DNA of 28,552 nucleotides from Armatimonadota bacterium. Lineage in GTDB: Bacteria > Armatimonadota > Zipacnadia > Zipacnadales > UBA5352. Shown here one piece after another: positions 7,795-16,392 of the stretch. A program made the translations under genes and the position numbers. Within the stretch, counting starts at the first letter, position 1, and each line of letters starts with the position of its first letter. The stretch is taken from the NCBI GenBank assembly GCA_034722055.1, contig JAYENL010000053.1, positions 1-28,552 of the forward strand, written 5' to 3'. The notes beneath the pieces are model-generated. The model did not search any database. It saw only the letters and a program-made list of their open reading frames with translations, and was not told where the DNA came from.

Positions 7795-10700
7795 ATGCAC
7801 GCAAGGGCGTTGAGCGTCTCGTTGCTGCTGGGAGCGCTGAGCCTCATGTCAATAGCCGATGGCTGGTCTCAGGATGACGTCACCGACGTGCCGTTCGCAA
7901 ACGCCTCCTTCGAGGAGGGCATGACCGACCGCCAGCCCTTCGGCGTGCCGGAGGGCTGGAGCCTCTACCAGGGCGATGGCCAGGACTCGGGGCTGGAGCT
8001 GGTGGAGCCGGGGCATGAGAGCGCCCATGCGCTTCTGATCCGCGACGGCGACCCGGCAAAGGAGATCGGCATCCACCAGGACGTGGAGGTCGAGGGGAAT
8101 CTCGGCTACGAGGCCAGCGTGATGGTGAAGGCGGTGCGCCCGGCCTCCGCGGTCGGCGCCTACATCCAGCTTCGCTTCATGCCCTCGAACGAGTTCGTCC
8201 AGGCGGGAATGGGAGCGGCGAGCGCCGAGGAGTTCACGCCCATCTCCGTGCGGGGGCTGGCGCCACCGGACACCACCCACGCTCGGGTCTACCTCTACAC
8301 TCACCGGGACGTCACGCCCGAGTTCATCATCGATGACGCCCGGCTGGTGGCCGGCGTGGAGCCGCCGCCTCCCCCTCCCCCACCACCACCCGAGCCCGTC
8401 CCGCCGGTCTACGAGGAGCTCAAGGACCTGCACCTGACCACCGATCTGGTGCGTGACGGCGAGGCGCGGGTGGCGATCGTGGCCTCGGGCCGCTATGGAA
8501 TGGAGGCCCGACGCATTGCTCAGGCCATCGAGGAGATCACCGGGGTGCGGCCGCCGATTGTGGATGACGACGATCCGGCCGCGGCGGTGCCGCCGGATGA
8601 TGGCGAGCTCACGCAGAGCTTCATCTGCATCGGCAACCGCTCCACCAATGCCATGATCGAGGAGCTGTATAACCGCTTCTACACGCTCCTGGACCTGCGC
8701 TACCCGGGGCCGGGCGGGCACGTGGTGCGGACGCTGCACAACCCCTTCGGCGACGGGCATAACGTGGTCTTCACCGGCGGCAGCGACGACCAGGGCGTGG
8801 CGGAGGCCGCCGAGGCGCTCGTCGCGGCGCTCAATCAGGCCGGCGGCGGCCAGGGCGAGCTGAGCGTGGGGCGGCTCATGGAGATCGAGCTGGGCGAGGG
8901 CGTGCAGTTCCCCCGCGACGTCCGGGAGCTTCAGATCTGGGACGCCTCCAAGGGCTATGGCTCGACGGGCTACTTCGGCTGGAACTCCATCTCGAAGCAC
9001 GCCGCGGCCTACTACATGACCGGCGACGAGTACCACGCGCGGCAGTTCATCCGGCTGGCATTCCCGGACGAGGAGGCCAAGCAGCAGATCGCGGAGATCG
9101 ACGGGGAGCGCATCGAGAACAAGGACGATCCGCTCAAGGGACCCTACCACTACAACGCGCACATGATGATCCTGTTCTGGGACCTGATCGAGGAGAGTCC
9201 GGCCTTCAGTGACGAGGAGCGCCTGCGCGTTACCAACGCCTTCTCCCGGCAGCTCGAGAAGCGGGCACGCGAGGGCATCTATCGCCTCCAATCGCCGGCG
9301 CGCCACGTCGGCTCCCGCCACGGCCAGTACTCCGCCATCTCGCTCTACTGCCTGGCGCGATACTTCGCGAAGGACTACGGCGATCCAGTGTGGGAGCAGG
9401 GGATGCTGGGGGCGAAGATGCACTTCGCGCCGCTGGAGGAGCACGCCTGGGTCTCAGGCGAGAGCGACAACCTGTTCTGGTACAACACCGGGACGGCGCC
9501 GATCCTGCGCTTCATGCTCATCGCCGGCTGGCGGGGGCCGCTGGAGAGCGGGAGCCTGGAGACGCTCCTGCGGGGCCAGGAGATGCTGTGCACCGGCAAG
9601 AGCGGCGATTGGGACCTCCGCTCGGCCTCGATCACCTACCTGCACCGCGCGGCGTATCTGACGCAGGACGGGCGGTGGCTGGAGTATCTGCAGCGCACCA
9701 ACCAGGACCTGGATGTGCCGCGGCTGGGGCAGTCCTTCTGGCCCGAGGAGCACCTGCAGCCGGAGATGCCGGTGGACATGGTGGGGCACTGGAGCATCAA
9801 TCCACTGCCCATGCCGATGTGGGAGGCGCGGGCCAGCGGCCTGGCCTTCGAGGACTCCTTTCTGTTCGGGAGCTTCCGCTCCGCCCCCGACGCCACCGGC
9901 GACTTCATCCTCATCGACGGCTTCAACGGCGCCTCGCGCAACCCCTACCACACCTTCGCGATCCTGGAGCTGCGCCTCGACGGCGCCACGCTGCTGAAGG
10001 GCTATCGCAACCAGGTGCTGACCCGCGTGGACGGGATGGTAGAGCCGGTCATCGCCATGGACGCGGCCCTGCGCCACTGTGCGGTGGTGGGAGACACCGC
10101 CGTCTGCGTGGGCGAGGTGCCGGACGCGGCCTACTGCAACTGGCGGCGGACGCTGGCGCAGCGCATCGGCCGCTACGCGCTGGTGGCGGATGAGCTGACC
10201 ATGCGCGAGAGCAGCGAGAACATCCAGGTGCAGATGCTGTGGGAGACACCCAGCGCGCAGTGGGACCCCGAGCGCAACGTCCTTGGCGTGAGCACCGTCG
10301 GCGGCCCCTACACGCCGGTGGGCTGGCACAGCATCCGGGCGCTGAACTCTCGCTACGCCAGCCAGCCGACCGGCGGGGAGTGGGTGGCGGAGCTGGACAG
10401 CCTGGGCATCCGGCTCATGCGAGCCACCGAGGTCGGTCACTACCTGGAGATGCGGTTCGCGCTGCCCGAGCCGATCGAGGGCCAGGTGTACGCGGACTTT
10501 CTCAACTACCTCGACCGCGGTGTCTTCGAGATGTACCTCGACGGCGAGAGGGTGGGCGGTCGCTACGATTCATACGCGCCGGCCGCCCAGCCCGGGCGCG
10601 CTGACCTGGGCGAGCATCGGTTGGAGGCCGGCGAGCACACGCTCCGGGTGGAGGTCGTGGAGCGCGGCAGGACCGGTGAGCGCTCCTACATCGGCCTGAT

Positions 10701-12561
10701 CGGTGTGAGCATCAGGCCCGAGGACGCACCGGAGGAGCCGCCGGGGGCGGTGCGCCACGAGATCCTGCCCTCCGACCCCGTGCGCGCTCAGCAGGAGGGC
10801 AACGTGCACACGCTGGAGTGGACCGGCGCGGCCCAGCAGGGCCGGCGGCTGACGTTCTTCTCGCTGGTGGGCGCGGACCTTCCCGGCGACGACCGCCACC
10901 TCTCGTGCCTCCGTCTGGCGGACAACGCTGCGGCCTTGGGGCTGCCCGAGCCGGCGGTGGCGGTCGCGGGCGAGTACGAGGGCACCGAGGCCGACCTGGC
11001 CATCATCGCCCAGAGCCACCTCTACGCACGAGGGCTGGTGGCGGCAACCGCTGATGGCCCCGTGGCTGCTGCCAGTGAGCCACTGGAGCTGAGCTGGGAC
11101 TTCGAGACTGGCACGGTCACCGCACTGGCCGACGGCCCGAGGACGCTGCGGGTGCGGGCCGCGCCCGGTCAGATGACCGTTGACGGACAGCAGCGTCGCG
11201 TCGAGGCGACCGACGGCATGATCGAGATCGCGCTGGACGCTGGCGAGCACGAGATCACGGGCGTGCGGCCGCCGGAGGATACTCTCGCGAGCCTGCCCGG
11301 TTGGCTCGAGGAGCGGCGGGTCCAGGCCGAGGCCCTCCGTGCCGAGGCCGCGGCCGCAGAGCCGCCTGGCGCGCTGCCCGAGGTCGCGGAGCTGCCTGAG
11401 GTCATGGCGACGAACGTCGGCGGGGCAGTGCGAGATGTCATAACGATCCCCGACGGCCAGGACGGGCAGCTCATCTGCGCCGCGGAGGCCACGCGGGTGC
11501 ACATCCTCGCTCCCGACGGCTCCGAGGTGGCGATGGCGGAGGCCGACGGCGACATCAGGATGGTCCACTGGTGGCCGGAGCACGAGCTGCTGCTGGCCGG
11601 CTGCGCGGACGAGAAGGTCATCGCCTTCGACCGCGCGGGAGATCGGCAGTGGGTGTTCGTGTCAGAGATGGACCCGGCGGTCCTCCGGGCAGCGAAGACC
11701 TACTGGTTCAAGTCCGCGCCCGCCCACGCCGGCATCTGGGGCGTCTACACCGCGGACTTCATCGACGGACAGAGCCAGTGCATCATCGGCAGCGCCTGCA
11801 CCCTGGAGTTCATTGACGGGGACGGACAGCTCGTGCACCGCATGCCCCAGTTCTGGGGCGACCCGCATGTGTTCCAGATCATCGACGGGCCCGACGAGAG
11901 CGTGAATCTGCTGGCGGCGCGGCGCATCAACGGCACGCACCGCGTCGGCATCATCAACAGCGAGACGCTCGATGCAGGCCAGCGCGGCTTCAACGCCGTC
12001 CCGCCAGGGCACACCTACGTGGGCGGCTGGTCGTCGCTGAACCGCTACCACCTGTTCTACGAGGACCTCAACGGTGACGGCGAGCGCGAGGTGATCAGCG
12101 AAATCAACGGGAGCTGGAACCGCGTCACCGCGTGGGATGAGGGCGGCACGGCGCTGTATGACGCCAGCTTCGGCCCGGGCCGGGATGCCCCCACGCGGAA
12201 CATGCGCGACCTGGTGGTGGCCGACCTGGACGCTGACGGGACGATGGAGGTCGTCGCCGCCACCTCCAGCGCGCTGGTGGTGTGCCTTGACCACGAGCTG
12301 AACAAGGAGTGGGCGCGCGCCATGCCCGGCCCGGTGAACACCATGGCGGCCGTGGCGGCGGGCCATGACGGCCGGTGGCTGGTCTGCGCCTGCGACGACG
12401 GCACCGTGGCCGCTCTGAACGCAACTGGCGAGGTCGTGCGCGCCGGGACGGTCGAGGGACGACCGACGGCGAAGGGCATGGCGCTGCTCGACACCCCCGA
12501 TGGACCCGCGCTGATCATCGCCACCAGCAGCGGGGCGGTAACCGCGATCCGGCCGGAGTGA
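7795..12561 (+). CDS. Secreted multidomain protein (1588 aa): CBM4/9-like domain, Pro10 linker, heparinase II/III-like core paralogous to 670-3336, internal CBM6/35-like jelly roll, C-terminal FG-GAP-like beta-propeller
   Basis: Signal peptide; NASFEEG...PEGW CBM-like start; PPPPPPPPPP at 8362-8391; blocks shared with 670-3336; GEHTLRVEV jelly-roll segment; DLNGDGEREV and DLDADGTMEV repeats. Confidence 0.7.
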   Translation: MHARALSVSLLLGALSLMSIADGWSQDDVTDVPFANASFEEGMTDRQPFGVPEGWSLYQGDGQDSGLELVEPGHESAHALLIRDGDPAKEIGIHQDVEVEGNLGYEASVMVKAVRPASAVGAYIQLRFMPSNEFVQAGMGAASAEEFTPISVRGLAPPDTTHARVYLYTHRDVTPEFIIDDARLVAGVEPPPPPPPPPPEPVPPVYEELKDLHLTTDLVRDGEARVAIVASGRYGMEARRIAQAIEEITGVRPPIVDDDDPAAAVPPDDGELTQSFICIGNRSTNAMIEELYNRFYTLLDLRYPGPGGHVVRTLHNPFGDGHNVVFTGGSDDQGVAEAAEALVAALNQAGGGQGELSVGRLMEIELGEGVQFPRDVRELQIWDASKGYGSTGYFGWNSISKHAAAYYMTGDEYHARQFIRLAFPDEEAKQQIAEIDGERIENKDDPLKGPYHYNAHMMILFWDLIEESPAFSDEERLRVTNAFSRQLEKRAREGIYRLQSPARHVGSRHGQYSAISLYCLARYFAKDYGDPVWEQGMLGAKMHFAPLEEHAWVSGESDNLFWYNTGTAPILRFMLIAGWRGPLESGSLETLLRGQEMLCTGKSGDWDLRSASITYLHRAAYLTQDGRWLEYLQRTNQDLDVPRLGQSFWPEEHLQPEMPVDMVGHWSINPLPMPMWEARASGLAFEDSFLFGSFRSAPDATGDFILIDGFNGASRNPYHTFAILELRLDGATLLKGYRNQVLTRVDGMVEPVIAMDAALRHCAVVGDTAVCVGEVPDAAYCNWRRTLAQRIGRYALVADELTMRESSENIQVQMLWETPSAQWDPERNVLGVSTVGGPYTPVGWHSIRALNSRYASQPTGGEWVAELDSLGIRLMRATEVGHYLEMRFALPEPIEGQVYADFLNYLDRGVFEMYLDGERVGGRYDSYAPAAQPGRADLGEHRLEAGEHTLRVEVVERGRTGERSYIGLIGVSIRPEDAPEEPPGAVRHEILPSDPVRAQQEGNVHTLEWTGAAQQGRRLTFFSLVGADLPGDDRHLSCLRLADNAAALGLPEPAVAVAGEYEGTEADLAIIAQSHLYARGLVAATADGPVAAASEPLELSWDFETGTVTALADGPRTLRVRAAPGQMTVDGQQRRVEATDGMIEIALDAGEHEITGVRPPEDTLASLPGWLEERRVQAEALRAEAAAAEPPGALPEVAELPEVMATNVGGAVRDVITIPDGQDGQLICAAEATRVHILAPDGSEVAMAEADGDIRMVHWWPEHELLLAGCADEKVIAFDRAGDRQWVFVSEMDPAVLRAAKTYWFKSAPAHAGIWGVYTADFIDGQSQCIIGSACTLEFIDGDGQLVHRMPQFWGDPHVFQIIDGPDESVNLLAARRINGTHRVGIINSETLDAGQRGFNAVPPGHTYVGGWSSLNRYHLFYEDLNGDGEREVISEINGSWNRVTAWDEGGTALYDASFGPGRDAPTRNMRDLVVADLDADGTMEVVAATSSALVVCLDHELNKEWARAMPGPVNTMAAVAAGHDGRWLVCACDDGTVAALNATGEVVRAGTVEGRPTAKGMALLDTPDGPALIIATSSGAVTAIRPE

Positions 12562-12578
12562 GGGAAGGCGATCAGCCC

Positions 12579-13220
12579 ATGGCGGAGAGTGACGTGCCCG
12601 ACATCCGCCGGGCGCGGCCCGAGGACATGCCGGCGGTGGCGGAGATCTACCTGGCGGCCTTTCAGGACTCGGTGCGCGACCTGGGGCTGGAGGGCATCCG
12701 GCCGAGGGCCATCGCGGATATCATGGGCATCTGCCTGGCCGCCGAGCCGGAGGGCTTCCTGGTCGCGGACGTGGAGGGCCAGCCGGCCGGGTATGTCGTG
12801 TGTCCGAGCGCCGTTCGGCGCATCCGGGCTGCCGGCGTGCGGCGGCTGCCGGGGATCCTGTGGCGATGGCTGACGGGCCGCTACGGCGTGGGTCTCGGTG
12901 CAGCCCTGCGGCTGGCTCGCGAGAAGCTGATGTTCTGGCGGCACGCTGATCTGCCGGAGGCGGACGTGCCCGCACGCGTCCTGTCCCTCGCCGTCCACCC
13001 GCGGGGCCAGGGCCGGGGCCTGGGCAAGGCACTCTTCAGCGCCGCGCTGGAGTACCTGCGTGGGCAGGACGCCCGGCGCGTTCGGTTGGAGGTGCGGCCC
13101 GACAACGAGGTGGCCCGGCACATCTACGAGAAGGCGGGCTTCCGCAGCGTCGGGCAGGCGCACGACACTCGCGCTCCGTGGGAGGTCATGGTGCTGGACC
13201 TGGAGGACACCGGTGGCTGA
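12579..13220 (+). CDS. GNAT family N-acetyltransferase (RimI-like fold)
   Basis: IRRARPED start; LAVHPRGQGRGLGKAL acetyl-CoA motif A; LEVRPDNEVARHIYEKAGF. Confidence 0.9.
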   Translation: MAESDVPDIRRARPEDMPAVAEIYLAAFQDSVRDLGLEGIRPRAIADIMGICLAAEPEGFLVADVEGQPAGYVVCPSAVRRIRAAGVRRLPGILWRWLTGRYGVGLGAALRLAREKLMFWRHADLPEADVPARVLSLAVHPRGQGRGLGKALFSAALEYLRGQDARRVRLEVRPDNEVARHIYEKAGFRSVGQAHDTRAPWEVMVLDLEDTGG

Positions 13221-13827
13221 GGCGCTGCTGGAGTGGATCCGAGACCACGGAGCGATCGGGGTCTTCCTCATCCTCGCCATCGAGAACGTGGGCATCCCTC
13301 TGCCGACCACGCTGGCCTTCATCGTCGCCATGGACCTCGTCCGCACGGGCCGGCTGAGCTTCATCGCGGCAGTGGTGATCTGCGCGGTGGCGCACCTCAC
13401 GGGCAGCATCCTGGGATACGCACTGGGGCGGGCGGGCGAGAACGCCATCGTGGCCCGCGCGCAGCGAGGCGGCGGCCTGCAGAGGGCCGTGGCGTGGCTG
13501 CACCGGTGGTACCAGGCACACGGCTCCGTGACGGTGTTCGCAGCACGGGTCGTCGGCCAGGTGCGGCCCTGGGCCTCGATTGCGGCGGGCCTGGGTGAGG
13601 TGCGGGCCGGGCCGTTCCTGATCTGGACCGCCCTGGGCTCGCTGCTGCAGGTGGCCGTGGCGCTGAAGCTGGCCGAGGCCGGCTGGTGGTTCTGGGACGA
13701 GTTCCCCAAGTGGCGGCTGGCGCTGGTGATCGGCGTGACGGTGGTCTTCTGGGGCTTCCTGGCCTACGTCGGCGTGCGCGCAATGCTGGCACGTCGGCGC
13801 GGATCGGGAGAGCCTGAGCCGGACTGA
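13213..13827 (+). CDS. DedA family membrane protein
   Basis: IENVGIPLP, GSILGYALGR, VFAARVVGQVRPWASIAAG motifs. GTG start overlaps the GNAT stop by 8 nt. Confidence 0.9.
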   Translation: MAEALLEWIRDHGAIGVFLILAIENVGIPLPTTLAFIVAMDLVRTGRLSFIAAVVICAVAHLTGSILGYALGRAGENAIVARAQRGGGLQRAVAWLHRWYQAHGSVTVFAARVVGQVRPWASIAAGLGEVRAGPFLIWTALGSLLQVAVALKLAEAGWWFWDEFPKWRLALVIGVTVVFWGFLAYVGVRAMLARRRGSGEPEPD

Positions 13828-13848
13828 GGCAGCCCCAAGGTGAGCGCC

Positions 13849-14532
13849 ATGAGCCGCCTGGATATGAGGCAGTACTCGTGCCTGCTCCTGGAGCCCGACG
13901 AGGCCCTCGCCGGGCTCATCGCGGCCTGTCTGCAGCGCCACGGGCTCGATGTCACGATCCGAACGGAAGACCCCGGTACGGTCGGTTGTCCCGACGCTGA
14001 TATCATCCTGGTGGACGCGGATGCGAGGGACCTTGCCGGGTTGGCCGCTGGCAGCGGCGTGCCCCTCATGCGGCTGAGCAGCGAGCCCGGTGGGCTCCCG
14101 TGCACGTGCCGGCGGGAGGTCTGCGTCTGCCGCCTCGCCAAGGCGTTCAGCCCGCCCTATCTGATCATGCGCGTCAGAGCGGCGCTGGCGGCGCGCTATG
14201 AGGCCCGGAGGGAGGGCAAACCGCCACCGCCGCCGGGGCGCTGCGTGCTGGACGTGTGCAGCGGCAGCGGCTACTCGTCATGCCTCGCGGCAGATGATGC
14301 CGGCGGTGGTGCGCTGATTGTGGGCGTGGATCACAGCGAGGAGGCGCCGCGGGAGGCGCGAGCGCTCGTCGAGACCGTGGGCTACCGCACTATTGCCTTC
14401 GTGGTTGGGCCGGCCTCCTCCGGCTGCTTCGCATCCGTCGTCGTGCGGCCCCTCCGACGGCAACGACAGCGGGCCTGGAGGCCCGCCCCCGTGAGACCAC
14501 AGGTCTCCAGGGCGCCGGGGCCACAACGATGA
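13849..14532 (+). CDS. Receiver-like domain fused to a truncated class I SAM-methyltransferase domain; possibly a pseudogene
   Basis: LLLEPD...DIILVD...LSS...LAKAF receiver pattern, then VLDVCSGSG and IVGVDHSEE methyltransferase motifs, then a low-complexity Arg/Pro tail. Start codon uncertain (13840/13849/13864). Confidence 0.5.
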   Translation: MSRLDMRQYSCLLLEPDEALAGLIAACLQRHGLDVTIRTEDPGTVGCPDADIILVDADARDLAGLAAGSGVPLMRLSSEPGGLPCTCRREVCVCRLAKAFSPPYLIMRVRAALAARYEARREGKPPPPPGRCVLDVCSGSGYSSCLAADDAGGGALIVGVDHSEEAPREARALVETVGYRTIAFVVGPASSGCFASVVVRPLRRQRQRAWRPAPVRPQVSRAPGPQR

Positions 14533-14596
14533 CGGTTGACGACCAACGGCCGGTTGCTCTGAGGACCACGCCGCTCCGGACGACCGTTCCATAGCG

Positions 14597-14682
14597 GCTG
14601 ACGACACACGGCCGCGGCATGTGTTGTGAGGCAGTCGTGAGTCGTCAGCTTGGAGCTTGAAGCTTGCAGCTTGCAGCTCCTG
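14597..14682. repeat. 19-bp imperfect inverted repeat plus GCTTGNA heptamer tract between convergent genes
   Basis: Arms 14597-14615 and 14631-14649, then gcttgga gcttgaa gcttgca gcttgca gctcctg (14648-14682). Confidence 0.75.
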
Positions 14683-14685
14683 AGA

Positions 14686-15441
14686 CTACTCGTCACCCGC
14701 AGGCAGGTCGGCGCTCTGCCAGAAGTCGGACTCGCGGGCGATCTGTGAGGCGCGCTGGAGGCTCTGAGGGGTGCCGGCGTCAGACCACGCGCAATTGAGG
14801 ACCTCCGCGGTCAGCTCCCCGGCCTCGCGGTAGGCGTTGTTCACGTCCGTGATCTCAAGCTGCCCGCGGGCAGAGGGCGTCAGCGTGGGCAGAATCTCCC
14901 AGAGGCGCTGGTCGTACATGTACACGCCCACGACCGCCAGATCGCTCTTCGGCTGCTCGGGCTTCTCCTCGATGGACAGCACCCGGCCCTCGTCATCGAT
15001 CTCCGCCACGCCGAAGCGCTCGGGGTCGTGGACGGCCTTGAGCAGGACCTTCGCGCCCGAGGGCTGCCGGCGGTAAGCTGCCACGTGCTCCCTGATGCTT
15101 CCGCCCAGCACATTGTCGCCGAGCATCACCACCACGCGATCGTCGCCGACGAAGCTCCGCGCCAGGCGCAGGGCGTCGGCGATGCCGCCGGCGCCGCGCT
15201 GATAGGTGAAGGTGAGGTGCTCGAGGCCGAACTCGCTGCCGTCGTGCAGCAGCTCCAGAAAGTCGCCGGGGCTGTTGCCGCCGGTGACGATCATGATGTC
15301 GCGGATCCCGGCCTCCACGAGCACGTAAAGCGGGTAGTAGACCATGGGGAAGCGCCAGACGGGCAGCAGGTGCTTGTTGGTGACGCGAGTCATGGGCAGC
15401 AGCCGTGTGCCCAGCCCGCCGACGAGGATGACGCCCTTCAC
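14686..15441 (-). CDS. Sugar-phosphate nucleotidyltransferase (glucose-1-phosphate thymidylyltransferase, short RmlA/SpsI type)
   Basis: KGVILVGGLGTRLLPMT..NKHLLPV, LGDN, ERFGVAE, IEEKP, SARGQLEITD, WSDAGT. GTG start with GGAGGT RBS. Confidence 0.9.
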   Translation of the reverse strand: MKGVILVGGLGTRLLPMTRVTNKHLLPVWRFPMVYYPLYVLVEAGIRDIMIVTGGNSPGDFLELLHDGSEFGLEHLTFTYQRGAGGIADALRLARSFVGDDRVVVMLGDNVLGGSIREHVAAYRRQPSGAKVLLKAVHDPERFGVAEIDDEGRVLSIEEKPEQPKSDLAVVGVYMYDQRLWEILPTLTPSARGQLEITDVNNAYREAGELTAEVLNCAWSDAGTPQSLQRASQIARESDFWQSADLPAGDE

Positions 15442-15511
15442 AGCGGCACCTCCGCTCGACTTCGCTGCAGTCGCTTCGACACGCGCCTCATGGCCGCTCG
15501 GGTTGCCGTTC

Positions 15512-15583
15512 GCTGATAGCTGATAGCTGGTGGCTGACCGCTGGGAAAACGACCGGGCCGGGACGGAGACCGGCCCCTCCAAA
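15512..15583. repeat. Heptamer tract (15512-15546) plus REP-like 22-nt hairpin with CTCCA foot (15555-15581)
   Basis: gctgata gctgata gctggtg gctgacc gctggga; gggccgg-gacggaga-ccggccc-ctcca. Confidence 0.8.
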
Positions 15584-15609
15584 CGACTGGACAACGGCTC
15601 TCCGCGGCT

Positions 15610-16194
15610 CTACTCCTCGATCATCGACAGGAACATCTTCTGCACGCGCCGGTCTGTGGTCAGCTCGGGGTGGAAGGCGCTGGCCAGCAGGTTCCTCTGC
15701 CGGCAGAGGACGATCTTGTCCTCGAAGCTCGTCAGCACTTCCACGGCACACTCCTCGCAGACCTCGCGCACGTACGGAGCGCGGATGAAGACCGCCCGCA
15801 CCGGCCCGCCGTCGATGCCCCTCACGGGCAGGTCGGCCTCGAAGCTGTCCACCTGGCGGCCGAAGGCGTTGCGCTCGACGGTGATGTCCATCAGACCCAG
15901 CCGCCACTGGTCGCTCTCCACAATCTCCCTGGCGAGGAGGATCATGCCGGCGCAGGTGCCCCAGATGGGCTTGCCCTGCTGGTGCATCTCCCGCACCGGC
16001 TCGTCCAGCTCGAAGCGCTCCATCAGCTTGCCGATGGTGGTGGACTCGCCGCCGGGGATGATCAGCGCGTGGCACTGGGCGATCTGCTGCTTGGTCTTGA
16101 CCGGGCGCGCCTCGACGCCCTCGATCTCACCCAGCGTCTCGATGTGCTGACGGAAGTCCCCCTGGACCGCCAGCACGCCGACGATCTTCGGCAT
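15610..16194 (-). CDS. pdxT: Pyridoxal 5'-phosphate synthase glutaminase subunit
   Basis: GVLAVQGDF, IIPGGESTTI, WGTCAGMILLA, RNAFGRQVDSFE, FIRAP, FHPEL. Confidence 0.97.
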   Translation of the reverse strand: MPKIVGVLAVQGDFRQHIETLGEIEGVEARPVKTKQQIAQCHALIIPGGESTTIGKLMERFELDEPVREMHQQGKPIWGTCAGMILLAREIVESDQWRLGLMDITVERNAFGRQVDSFEADLPVRGIDGGPVRAVFIRAPYVREVCEECAVEVLTSFEDKIVLCRQRNLLASAFHPELTTDRRVQKMFLSMIEE

Positions 16195-16241
16195 GGTGGG
16201 TCTCCGTTCGCGTGCAGTAGATGGGTATCGCGACGGGGAGC

Positions 16242-16270
16242 ATTGTACGGCGGCGCGCAGGGGGCGTCAA
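16242..16270 (-). promoter_or_regulatory. Sigma70-type promoter of pdxT
   Basis: TTGACG-N17-TACAAT on the minus strand. Confidence 0.8.
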
Positions 16271-16336
16271 GCGGCCAAGACCGGCCGCAAGCGGCAGGCT
16301 GCAGGCCGGTGGTGTCCTGGCGTGCAGAGACCGGCG

Positions 16337-16359
16337 GTCGGGCTGGAAGCCCGATCTAC
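16337..16359 (-). repeat. GTAG-footed REP-like palindrome
   Basis: Minus strand reads GTAG-a-tcgggct-tcc-agcccga-c. Confidence 0.6.
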
Positions 16360-16392
16360 GCGGAAGGGGGCTGTCGCAGTCGTTCGTCGTCA

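Noticed and set aside
15442..15594. 51-aa N-terminal extension of the nucleotidyltransferase in the ORF track
   Set aside because: It translates the REP and heptamer tract. A GGAGGT RBS precedes GTG 15441, where family similarity begins.
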